Origin: Amoebophrya sp. A120 | Lineage: Eukaryota > Protista > Dinoflagellata | Assembly (NCBI GenBank): GCA_905178155.1 | Contig: CAJINV010000001.1 | Location: 12,759,136 to 12,823,135 of the forward strand | Direction of reading: 5' to 3' | DNA: 64,000 nucleotides | Shown: one piece after another, positions 36,361-47,900 of the stretch | How positions within the stretch are numbered: the stretch's first letter is position 1 | How the letters are laid out: the number at the start of each line of letters is the position of its first letter | Translations under genes and position numbers: made by a program | The notes under the pieces: generated by a model | Told to the model about the DNA's origin: nothing | Database searches by the model: none | The model's input: the letters and a program-made list of their open reading frames with translations, nothing else

Positions 36361-39300
36361 TTACTTTCTCGGAACGGGTCCGAGGAAGTCCTTTGTCAGA
36401 ACAGCGTGGCAGGCGTCGACTTCCTGCTGCTTACGGCTCGAGTTCCACCCGAGCTCTTCACCCATGATGTCAACCACACGGCCCACCGCTAAATGCGCGG
36501 CGTTGGAATTCACAAAGGCCAGCCTGTTTTAGTTTTTTCCTCGTGACGAGTCAATCTATCACAATAGTGGATAAATCGTAAGTATCATGATTGATGAAAA
36601 CCAAAACTCTGTTGTCATACTGACAAATTCAAAATCTGACGGAGACGGTGGGCGTGCGGTGAATGATTTTCTCTCCGATACAAAATTAAGATACTCTTCG
36701 ACGATAGAAAAGGAGAAGCAACAAGCGAACCCACGACAGAAGGACGTACGTTCGAAATGTTCGCTCACTTCTTCTTTGTCGAGTAGGGTGGGATTCGAGG
36801 AGCGAGGGACTTCACTTCGACAAATGCAAAATGAAATGTCCTGGTACGTAGCTGCGAGGCAAGCTGTCGACAAATGCAATAAATGAATACCTGGTTCTTC
36901 GTGCGAGAATGTCGGCAGCGGTGCATGCGTGTTCGGTTTGGACGGCGTAGCGCACCTCGCACTCGAGGAAGGGACAGTTCGGGCTGCTCGTCAGGAGGGG
37001 ATAGGAAGCGTAGTTTCCGTCTTCCGTCTTCCCGATCTTTGCTTTCTCGAGCGCCAGCACGTCCGCGGCCCGCGTTCCGTACGTGTTAACCTGAGAGACC
37101 GTAGAGCTATGATACATTCATCCGTCAATGCGGCGGAGCTGTCCCAAAAAAAAAAATCAACGCGCTAGTAAAGCTAACTCCGTCTGCTCTGATCATTTAT
37201 TTTTGATGCACGATAGAAAACACCGACCAACAATGAGGCGTAACAAGTTCGTGCGTACTAAGACCAGATCTTCTCTCTTAGTACAACGACAAAAATCGCC
37301 AAAAGCACTACCACTAGTACAACAGCTGAAGAAGTAAAAGAGCTGTTGTGTTGTAACCAGAAAAACCAATTCGAACCAGATGGGCAGCTTGGTCCGGTGG
37401 CAGGCGGAATTGGCGAGCGAGCGCCGCGTATCCACTACAAATATGTCTGGGTCTGGAACCATGCAGGCGGTTGTCACGTTAAACAGAAGTTGTGTCAACC
37501 AGACACAGACTTAGCGTCACCGACTTGCAGTTTCCCAGACCCAGACACATAATTTGCAATGCATATCGCGGAGAGCGTGGGCGTCCACCCCTGCGGAGCG
37601 AAATCCCCGTTTCGTCCGGCACCGAGCAGGGGCGTGTCCAGGGTGACGCAAGGGCCGGCCTTGGCCTGGAGCGCCTCGTCGGAGCGGAGCAACACCTTGT
37701 CCAAGGCGTCCTCCGCCATCTCGCGCCAGGTCGTCCACTTCCCGCCACTCACGAAGGTCACGTCGTTCTGCGCGTTATAGCTAACAGTGTGGTCCCGGGA
37801 CGCGTTGGTGGTGCTGGTGTCGTATGCATGGCAAAAGCATTGCGTCGCACGTAGTCGTGATTGCATCACAAACCACATTTATCTATCACAAGAAGAATGA
37901 AATTGAAATTGGTCATGCATTTTTAGGTGATAGATAAGGCGGCTCTGTCATGCAGTATTGCAATCACTGCGAGTGCAACACTTTTGCAATTCATAAGTCG
38001 TTCGGGTCCTTGGCGAGCGGCCGGGTCCCGTACCACGCGGACAAGACGTCCTCGCGCCGGGGATGCATGCTCGGCGCCAGGTACTTGCAGCTCTCTTTCA
38101 GCTATGCACTGCAAATATTATTCTGGGTCTCAGAGGACGGAGCGTGTCATGCGAAGTGGTCCCGATCGATGTGTTGCATGCATTCTCATGCGGCGTAGGC
38201 AGCACGAGTTTGAAGGCCTCGCAAAGTCTGTGATGCGTCTGGGTGCATTTTTCCAGACAGCCATGTGTGATCATGTGGTCGGCGACTCGCACGACAAGGC
38301 TTGCATTCTTCCAGACCCAAACATATTTTCCCTGGATATCAACAAGTATTCCACGTCGTCCTCGGGGACTGCTGGGTGCAGCTCCGGGTTCGACGTCTTC
38401 ACGTCGGTTGTACCGACGAGCGTGTGGCCCTGCCACGGGAGGTAGAACATGAAGCTGCCCCGGGAGGTCTGCATGTCGCACATGCCGAGGTCCCGCGGAC
38501 AGAAGTTCTCGGGGAGCACGATGTGTGTGCCGCCCGCGCCGGTCACGCAGGGCTGGAACTTCTTCGCCTCCTCGGGCGTCAGGCCCTCGGACAACTTGCG
38601 CACGTCGTCCGTAAACGGCCCGGCACAGTAAATAATCTTTTTAGCGCGGATCTGCACTTTCTTACCGCTCAACGCGTCCCGGCAGACGGCACCGCGCGCG
38701 TGGCCGTTCTTGTCGAAGACGATCTTCTCTACGACTGTGTAGTTCGTGACCGCGGCGCCCTTCAGCATGGCGGTGCACGCAATCGCGAGGTTCGTGCGGG
38801 CGTCGTTGTGTGCCCCCTCGTAAAAGACGCTGGTTTTTATGAGGGATGAATAACTTCACATTTCTTGACAAACAGAAAACACGCGCGACACAAGTGAGCG
38901 TACAATGCGTCTCTATCGTGTTGTAAAAAATGTTGTCAATAACAATAGTCAGAAACAGTTCAGCTGTGTGGCTATTTTGTTCCAAAGACATTGCTCCAAC
39001 TACTTACGTCGGTGAGGTGTTCTTCTAACTATCGCTCCACAGGGAGATACTAAATCACGAACCGAAAAGCAAAAGTCTATTGAAGTAAAGGATCTCATCG
39101 TTACTTTGCGTATTTGAGTCTCGGTGCGTCCATTTGCGGGAAAGCCTCCTGCAGCTTTCGCGGGAAGATCGTGTAGCTGCTGGGAGCGGCGAAATACCCG
39201 AGCGCGTCGTAGCCCTTGAAGAAGAAGCTGTAGAGCCCGCAGGCCGGCCCGATCGCCGCGGGCGGGTAGCCGAAGGGGGGCGGCCAGATGACCCAGTGCT

Positions 39301-40514
39301 TGATCGGTACGGCAACCGGGACCCAATAGGTCAGGTGGCTGTTCAGCTGCAGCATGTAGGAGCGCTCGCGGAAGTATGAAATGCAAATGTGTCTGGGTCT
39401 GGAAGATTCTAAACTTGTAATGCTGTCTCTGGATCCTAAAAAAATTTTTGTTGCATGACCAGCAAGAGAACTCCAGTTCGTGCTACGCGGAGCGGGCGTT
39501 TCTCATGCGGTAGAGGCATCACAAAGTCCTCTGAAAATCTGTGATGCTAGGGCATGCATCACAGATATCATGGGTCATTCAAAATATGCATGACAAGCCT
39601 GGCAATCTTTCAGACCCAGACATTTTTGCATTTGATAGGAAGCAGCCCAGCACCATGTTGAAGGTCGACGTGAATTCCGACACTGCGTCCGCCGGCGCCA
39701 AAAGACTCCCGGGCTGGAAGAGGGACACCAGCGCCTTGACCAGGTACCGGGATCCGGCCCAGAGGAGCTTCGTGCTCTTGGAACTCGTTCCGCTGGCGAA
39801 ATCCTCTTGTTCGACACAGGCGGTCGTCAAGCCACGGGTGGTGGCGTCGAGCGCCAGTCCCGCACCGGTGGCACCCCCGCCGACTACCAAAACATCAAAC
39901 TCCTCCGCGTCCAGCCGCGCCAGCATCTGCATAGAGGAAAACGGCAATAAATACGTCCTTGTTGTAGGCCAGCATCATCATAAGTAGGAAATGCATACGA
40001 AAACAGCAATTCAAGAATGAAAGCTACGTACCGCAAGTAAAGCTACACCCAAACGAGTAATCCTTGTCAATACCTCGTCCCGGGACGGAATTCGCTCCTC
40101 GATTACGGTTTTTCGCAGCTCCGCTGATTTCGCCAGCGCCTCTTCATTCTTGTACTTGCAATACAGCACGCCCGCTCCGACGCCGGCACCGATTCCAAAA
40201 ACTCCTTTCATGAACCGCGATCCGCGTGGGCGTTGCGTCGCTTGCACCGCAGCGGCTTCCGAGCTAAAAGCACGGAAGGAGCCTGCATTATTTGCGCCGG
40301 CTGGGAAGAAACGTGGATTTGTTATTGCGTTTGGTTCATACGCACCACAGAAATCAAGGACTGCACCGCTGCGCCCATGCCTACACTGGTCCCACTGACG
40401 TAACAATGGCTGATTTCGCACTCTTATGCTTGACAATCTTGTAGCACCACGTACAGCGACGGACCCACCTTGTCTTCCGGAAATGCTGTGTCGAAAAAAG
40501 ACCACTCGCGCCAT
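36361..40514 (-). CDS. GPD2: Mitochondrial-type FAD-dependent glycerol-3-phosphate dehydrogenase (GPD2/GlpD family), 9 exons
   Basis: FDVLVVGGGATGAG, DFASGTSSKSTKL, EGAHNDARTN, GTHIVLP, FYLPWQGHTLVGTTD, VLSAWYGTRPL, SRDH, GGKWTTWREMAED, HLVNTYGTRA, DILARRTRLAF. Exons about 40074-40514, 39643-39926, 39105-39374, 38342-38829, 38002-38100, 37571-37823, 37377-37428, 36891-37090, 36361-36523. The R-rich N-terminus looks like a presequence. Confidence 0.95.
37429..37565. mobile_element. TIR introner (137 nt) forming a non-canonical intron in G3PDH
   Basis: Ends tatccactacaaatatgtctgggtctgg and rc tatgcattgcaaattatgtgtctgggtctgg; flanks ccgcg/tcgcg. Removal gives TLSA-ALARQF; no GT-AG register restores the frame at this junction. 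Confidence 0.9.
37823..37995. mobile_element. TIR introner (173 nt) forming a non-canonical intron in G3PDH
   Basis: Ends tatgcatggcaaaagcattgc and rc tatgaattgcaaaagtgttgc (17/21); flanks tgtcg/agtcg. Removal gives KDPND-TSTTNASRDH. Confidence 0.9.
38103..38338. mobile_element. TIR introner (236 nt) forming a non-canonical intron in G3PDH
   Basis: Ends tatgcactgcaaatattattctgggtct and rc tatccagggaaaatatgtttgggtct; flanks tcagc/tcaac. Removal gives DDVEYL-LKESCKYL. Confidence 0.9.
39375..39637. mobile_element. TIR introner (263 nt) with perfect 5-bp TSD GGAAG, forming a non-canonical intron in G3PDH
   Basis: Ends tatgaaatgcaaatgtgtctgggtctggaagatt and rc tatcaaatgcaaaaatgtctgggtctgaaagatt (30/34); ggaag at 39370-39374 and 39638-39642. 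Removal gives VLGCF-RERSYM. Confidence 0.95.
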
Positions 40515-41329
40515 TTTGATGAACGTCCACAAGGCTGTCTGAGCCTGATGATTTGAATCTGTTCAACTTAAAAAGCCTTAGATTGTCCCCGTGCGATTCA
40601 CTCGTTTTGTTTTAATAGAGAAAGAGACTCACTCAAGGCTGTCTGAGACTAAGTGCCGAAAGCCAATATGCTTCGTTTCGCACAGTGGAGAAGAACTGGC
40701 GCGGCCATCAACTTTATTGTCTTTTCCCACTCGCACTCGGCGTCGCGTCAACATATAAGGGATACTTAGCGGAGAACTAAGTAAATAGGTGCTGATCATT
40801 TTGAAAAGCTTCTCGATTCATCGGAATGATCATGCGGTGCCTGCTCTTACATCTGAGTTCATTGTTTCTCAGTTTTGTGCAGTTTTCTTTTTCCCGCGAA
40901 TCTTTTCTTATTCTTCACAGCGTGAACAACAAGGACGCTGCCCTCTTCTAGAGTGCGTTTTGAAACTTCGAGCACTGCTTCGCCTACTACCTACTCTCGT
41001 ATCTATAATTGGCTGCGCCTGTGAAAAAAATTGCAAGTGCAGAGCAACACATTGGCATGTCCGGCCTCAAGCGAATTCTCCTCGGTTATAAGTGTCCTGG
41101 CTGATGCTCTGTGTTTGTGCTATTTGTTTTAGCGCTTTGCGGGCATAAAGCGGCGGACTTTTTTTGCAATAAAACTAAAACTAGGTACGGACCACGCCTT
41201 CGCTTGTTGCGAAAAGACCTTGGGCGCCCTTCTTCTTGCCATGTAAGGGGACACATTCTTGGATTGCCTGCCCTTACTGGTTTCAGAAGACACGCGCTGG
41301 CCGTCCACTCTGTCACTTCTAACAAAATT

Positions 41330-41630
41330 GGCAAATGGCGAAAATTGAATAAAAATAAACCGAAAAACCGGAAAAGGAATAACCAAAAAGTGCAGTCGGA
41401 AGGACATAGAAAAGCGATAGAAGAAAGAAAAAATATAAAAAAGCTGAAAAAAAGGAGCAATGAAAAGAAAAAAAAAAAGCGAATGAGAAAAAAAAGGCCA
41501 TCCAATAGAAAAAAGAAAAGCTGCGCATACTTGAAAAAAGAAAACAAGGGAAAAAAAGAATCAAGAAAAAAGGGCGGGAGAAAAAAATAAAAAAGGCGAA
41601 AAAACAATAATAAAAAAAAAAAAGAAATCG
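41330..41630. repeat. A-rich low-complexity tract
   Basis: About 300 bp dominated by A runs interrupted mostly by G. Confidence 0.8.
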
Positions 41631-41905
41631 CGAGTAGATGCCCCCTCCGTGGCAAGCAAGCTATCGCATCCCGCGAGGCGAGGCTCCACCCGTTGTAGCG
41701 GAGAAGGCTACACAATTGGACTCGGTCAAAGCAGCCACCTCATCAGGAATGGCGTCCAGATCTGGCTAGAAATGGCCCCCAAGTCAGCCCAGAAAAAGAT
41801 ATCGCGAATGTGGCGAAAAACAAAACAAAAAACTGCAAAAAGCTACTTTGCGTCGACGTCGGGGTCGCCAGCGCTCTCTTCTACCTAGTCATTTTTTTTC
41901 TCATT

Positions 41906-44900
41906 TTACTTTTCGCGAAGACTTGTGCCGGTGACCGTCATTTTGCGAAGCTCTTCTGTGCGCTCTCGCACTCTCTCGCGCATTTTTGCGACGCGGGGGC
42001 CGGGGTTGTTCTCGCTCTCTTCCTTGTCACGTGCTGCAGCCTCACGCCACGCGGAATCTACGTCAACACGTGTTTCGCCAGGGCGTTCTGGCGGGGCCAG
42101 GAGCTGGCTCGGGATGATGCGCCGTTGTTTTTCCTTGCTCGGGGACTGGCTCAGAAGTAAATTTTCCCAACCGAACATGATTTTGTAATACACGTATCCG
42201 GAGAATTCTCGCGCCCCTTCATTTGCTTGCCAGCCTGAAGGCCTGAACTCCTGTGCCTGATTTTCCCCACCAAAAAAATTTTTAGGGGAGGCGAAACACA
42301 TGAGCGCGAAACACGGATAGCGGCGGAGCATCTTTGCGCCACCCGCGGCGTCCTTGGTGGAGTCCGACAAAGAACAGGAGTTGTCGGGCTTCGCTGCTGG
42401 GACGCAGGCAAATTCCTGCAGGCATTTCCGAAGGCCGTCGTGTAGATGTAAAAGTGGCGCATTTCTTTCCTGTGCGAGCGCACAGGCGAATTTTCGGTTT
42501 TTTTGCAACAAGATTCTTACGACTTTCTCGGAATTGTCGCTGGGCTCCAGAAGTGCACCGCGAAGCTCTTCGATGTCGTTTTTCTCGATTATCGCCCTGT
42601 CCGTTGCGTCAAACCATATTCGTCTTTCTGTTTGGCGAAGCCGCTCGCGGTCCTTTTCGTGAACATTAACTAGATGTTGATCATGCCCGGGATCACTACA
42701 AACAGGATTATTCGCGGGGAACAAGACGCACTGGTTCTCAAGGTCTTGCTCGATCGCTTTAAGCTGCCCGTGCGCACCGTCCAGCGATGATGTGCTCTGC
42801 CGAGTATACGTTGCAAATGATTTAGGACCTGTGTCCCGACCAAAAAAAGAATGACGCGCGCGCTTCTCAAGGTGAGCGGTAAAGCCTCTCACATACTGTA
42901 TTGTAATTCTCAGTGGTAAATTATTCTGTAGTAGTGGTAAAACCACTCCTACACCCCCAGTGACGTTTCGCCGCCCGCTTTAGCAGCGCCCGGCCACCAG
43001 GGGGGAGTTTGCCGTTGGCGTCGCCTCTTGCCGCTGGCATTCAAGATCAAGCGCCATTACCTCCTCATCCATGGCACTAGACCTAATCTCCGACCAAAAA
43101 AAGAAATGCTGTACAGCCTATCAAGAGTTCACCACCAAAAATAAAGTATCGCGAACATGCTTGGGCCCCAACATATCCCGCATCTCGATACCCCACGGCC
43201 ACTTGCTTTGACGTTGTTCCACGGCGTAGCAGAGCGCATTCAGCAGGTGCAGATATCACATATGTATGACAACATATAAACTTCCACCAGGCCGTTATTT
43301 CGCCACAGCCAATTGCCATTGCGCTAAAAGGATGCAGCGTGGTTTTTTGGCAAAAAAGGCGGGCCCTAGAGGTGGAGGCCGGTTTGGCAAACGACTTTGA
43401 TCACTGGGCGCTGGCGCAGGCGGGCTGGGGCCGTCTAGGCTTCTGCCGCAGCGATTTTGACCTCCGCCACCCCATCCGCTACCACGACGAGCAACTGACC
43501 CTTTCTGGCCGGAGCCGGGTGCCGTGCCAGACATGACCACCAAGGGCCAGCTCACTTGAAGTGAGCAGGGCCGTTGCGCATTATTTTGGGTGATGTACTC
43601 CATCGCCCAAAATGGCAAACCCCAACAACCAACCCGGCCCTCTCTGGGAAGTGCAAAGCGCGCGGCACTTCTGACGCGGAAGTGACGCGCGTGCGACGTA
43701 GGTAGGAGGCGTCACGGGGCACACTTCTTGCATGCCTGGCGGGTGCATGGTGTTTCTATTAATTTGGCACTTATCACCAGAGCCGGCAGTCTATAGCGTG
43801 GAACGGCATAAAGCAATGGCATGACACGCCTCCAAGAGAAGGCCATCGAACACAGGTCCAATCCCTGGCGCTCGCGTTTGATACGCTGCACTGATAGACG
43901 CCCGTGCATCTATGATCTGCGGCCCATGGGTAATTTTGTAGAAAAAGGACCCAAGGTCTGCACGAGGGCCAGACTTTGCGCCCCCCACATCGTCTTCACT
44001 CTTCGGGAAATCGAAGTTCGCAGCGGAAGATAGGCAGGACTGGGAATGGCGGCCGCGTCCTTCTCGCAGTTCTGTGCCGCCATTCAGTGCAGACGTCGAC
44101 TCTGCGGCTCCTGCGGCTACTTGGCCGCCATCTGTTGCCTGGGGGCAGCCTTCGGCGGCAAGGCATTTGCGAAGCCGGGGCTGGTCTTTCACAAGCCAAT
44201 CATGATCAAGCAAAAATCCGCAGCTCTCCGGGTCCTGAAAAAGCGACACCAGTTTCTCCGAAGAGTCTAGGATTGCTTTCAGATCCGAATTCACTCTAAC
44301 AAGAGATAGCAGCTGTGCGTTGGAAGCCTCCCGAAGAGCTTCGCGTCGCGTCTTGAACGCTTGTCGGGGCGCATCGATGTCCGCAAAAGCAGAAAACACG
44401 GCACCTGAGTAGAGCTCGAGGTTCAACTCCGTGCCTTGCGCGCTGAGGTACTTCAACGGTTGTTCGAACTTGCGAGTAAAGAACTTATCGGGCGTGAGGC
44501 ACTGCCTGACTCCTTCATCTCCATTACCAGTCTGGTCGGCTTTTGATGCTTCCAAGCAGCGGGTCACATCAGGGTGTTCTCGTAGGAGACTTGCTAGTAC
44601 AGTGTCGGCGTTATCCAAGGATTCCAACCAGAGATGTCTGAAAAGTGGGAGCCCGGAGCGTTTTGCCTTTGTGCGCGCAAGCGCTTCAATTTGTTTCCAT
44701 ACCGGATCAACGCTTGTCCTCATATGCTCAATCCTTGCGATACGGTTTTCTGCCTCCGCCTCGCGCTGCCACTCTGCGTCGCTGGTGGGCTGTGTCCCCA
44801 TGACGAGGAGGCTCATAGTCGCTTTGAGCCGCGTGGCCCTCTCGCTTTTGGCATCTTCTCGCTGAATTTCCAAGCCATCCGCGATTTTCAAGTACAGGTA

Positions 44901-47900
44901 CCCGGAGTAGTTGCGCTCTTGTTCTGCTGATGACCGCGAGCCTTCCCCTTTGTTGGTGCCGACATTAACATTTAGGGCGCCGTGGAGATCCGCATCAAAA
45001 TACAGCTGTGGAAGGGAAAAGCACTCGTCCATCACGTTGGACGAGACTGAGTGGAAGTGCTTGCCCTGTTGATCCACATCTTTAGGAGTCCGCTGCAGCT
45101 CACCGCAGGCGACACGCTTGAGGCACTTTCTCAGGGCAGCGTGTGCTTTCAAAAGTGGGGAGTTCCGATTCTGTGCAAGGGCACAGGCGAACTCCGGGCT
45201 TGATTCTTCCAAAAATTTGACAACGCGCAACCTCGAGACCTCGCTTATATCTGGCGCGCTGTCCAATAACAGATTTCGAAACTCGGCAATTTTCGATATC
45301 TCCTCCCTTGCTGCAGCAAGGGCCCGCGCGCCCGCTTCTCCCGATGGCGCCGGGTCCCACGCACAAAAATGAACGAGCTCGCGTGCGATTGCAAATTCAG
45401 ATTGTTTGTCCTCCTCGCTCCGCTTTTGTTTGCTGACCGGATCCGGCTGCCGAATATACACTGAAACACGACCAAAATCTGGGCAGGCTCTTTAGGTCTG
45501 ACCTTGCTGCAGTGCCGAGAATGGCAGAAAACATACGAGGCATTTGCCAATAACGATAGAGGGCTCTCGCAGAGCTGTTTGGGCTACGTCCTCGCCGCCA
45601 AGATGAGCCGGAAAGGGCAGGCACACATCCGCAAATCTTGCGGGCTACTAGACGAAACAAGCACATACAACAAGACCAAGAGATGAAAGTAAGTAAGCTG
45701 GCGCAACGCCACTCCCTCCTTCGCTTGTTTCAACACGTCCAGCCGTGGTGTCTGTGCCAATGCCAGTCGGCACACGAATGGAGGAGGCAAGGACGAAACC
45801 GAAACGCCGGCCCGTCGAATATCACAGATGCCTCAAGAACTAAGTACCCCTATCTCGTGGCAGAAGCAATGCAATTTCTTAAGGATAAGGAAGAGGCGCT
45901 CTCGCATTACAGAGCAATATATGCTCCAGCAACAGATAGGCAATATCATAAACCTGAGCCGCGACCCAGACCCCGAGCCGACGCACTTGCGTGTGATAAT
46001 GTGCTCGCCTGCGCACCGCTTGATCTTCAAGCTCCAGCAGTGCTGACCCACCAGTGATTTTGTAATAAATTACACCAAAAAGTGACTCAGTCAGATGGTA
46101 GTATGGAACTCCCGCAAGGTTCAAGGATTTCTGGTCAGTTTGTCTTGCACTTATTGATGCGTCGGCACTCGCCGGGCTTCCCATAGGGACAACGAAGTTC
46201 GCTGCGGAAGAAAGGCAGGGCGTGGAGTAGCCACTTAGTGCAGGCGGATGAACTGTGGCCACGGTGACTGCTTCGCCGTCTGCTGCCTGGGGGCAGACTT
46301 CGGCGCGAAGGCATTCGCGAAGCAGTGGCTGCACTTTCAAAAGTGGGTGATCAAGTAAAGCCTGGCAGCTCTCCGAGTCCAAAAAAAGCTGCGCAAGCTT
46401 TTTCGAAGAGTCCAATATTAATAGGGCGTCCGTCTCCGTCTGGGTCTGCGCCTGATTCAACCCCGAAGTGGTTCCGACAAAAGCATAAGCAGCTAACTGT
46501 GCCCAGGTTACCTCCTTAACTGCCTCTCTCCGTGTCTGTTGAGGTGGGGGAGGAATGGCCGCATACTGGGGCCTCTGCGCAAGGTTATAAAAAAGCTGAC
46601 CTGCAGGGTTATCACAAAACTGATCTGTAACCCCAACTCGTGCAGGCTCAAGTAAATATCGGGTGCCTGAGACACCCGGCGGCTTTGTTGCAGCCCCGTC
46701 CAGCTTGATGTTTTGGCGTCTTGCTATCTGAAATTTCTTCGTAAAGAAGCGCTCGCGGCCGAAACATTCCGGGGTGCCGAGACTGTGCTTCACCAAGCAG
46801 GATGTGACTTCCGGATGTTCGTCTACGAGCGGGAATAGGCTCCAGGCCGTCGCGGTTAGCCTCGCGTGGCCGAGCCAAAGTCTTCCGGCTTCATCTGCAT
46901 TTCCGACTGCGATTCTGGCCTTGCGAAGCTCGTCGAAGTCTGCCGCTGCCAGGTGTTTGCGAAAGTCGTCGAGCTCTAACAAGAGCGCTTCTTCAGTGTT
47001 GCTCGGTGCATAGGAAAAGACATGGCCTCGGTTTTGATGAGCCACTTCGAGAATCCGCCTCCGCTCGCCGACAGCATAACTTTTTGCCTTTTCCCAATAC
47101 TCGGCGAACATGTCGCTACTGAGCGTAACGCTCATGAGCGACCGGGTCTGGGGGCCACGAGGTGTTTTTTGCGCGGCTTCTTCTTCGCTTTTCGCCGGGG
47201 CATGCCAGTCGGGGAGGCCGTCAAGCAATCTCTCCGGAAGGGGGGCCGCAGTCTTCAAAAACAGAAAAAGTGCGCGCGTGTCCGCTTCCGTGTCCGCTTC
47301 CGTATCCGCTTCCGTATCCGCTTCCGTGTCCGCTTCCGTGTCCGCTTCCGTGATTGGCGTATTCCGCCGTCCCTCTTCCACTCCTGTCCCGCGCTCCCGC
47401 TCTGCGGTGTCATCGAAAGAAGAACCGAAAAACATCGACGGCGCAAAGCACTCCGCTCGGGGGAGATAACCATATGCACTGCAACCACATCAATGCCAGG
47501 GACAGCTTGAATTCAAGGCCTTTCTGTTTTTTTCAACGGGGGAGGCGGCAGACTACCATCTCCCTATGGCTCGGGATCGGCAACAACATGGCTGCATGAG
47601 CGAAAAAACGGGCCGTTGACTGCATGAGCGAAAAAACGAAACTGGCTGCAGTTTGTCTCAGCTCTGTCCCGGTATGCTCACGAAATACCCAATCAAGGGC
47701 GTGACGCTCACCACCCTAACGCGTGCGTCCCAGCGCGCGCTGGAAATGCAAATGGAGCTGCACACGAGAATAGGCCTGAAGCGAAGAGGCTTGAAGAGAA
47801 ATTGGGAAACTCTAAATGGAACATACGAGAACGTCTCAATTTCCGCCGTGCTGCTACACCACGGCGCAAATGCATACACTCTTCAAGCCTAATAGTGCAG

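Noticed and set aside
36361-40514. G3PDH as a transposon-disrupted pseudogene
   Set aside because: The exons are stop-free, keep the family motifs and join in frame, which fits a spliced functional gene.
41086-41715. Lys-rich and Phe-rich ORFs
   Set aside because: Translations of an A-rich low-complexity tract.
43607-43616. GCCATTTTGG on the minus strand, matching the dinoflagellate spliced-leader core
   Set aside because: Only 10 nt, not upstream of a start codon, and part of a local hairpin.
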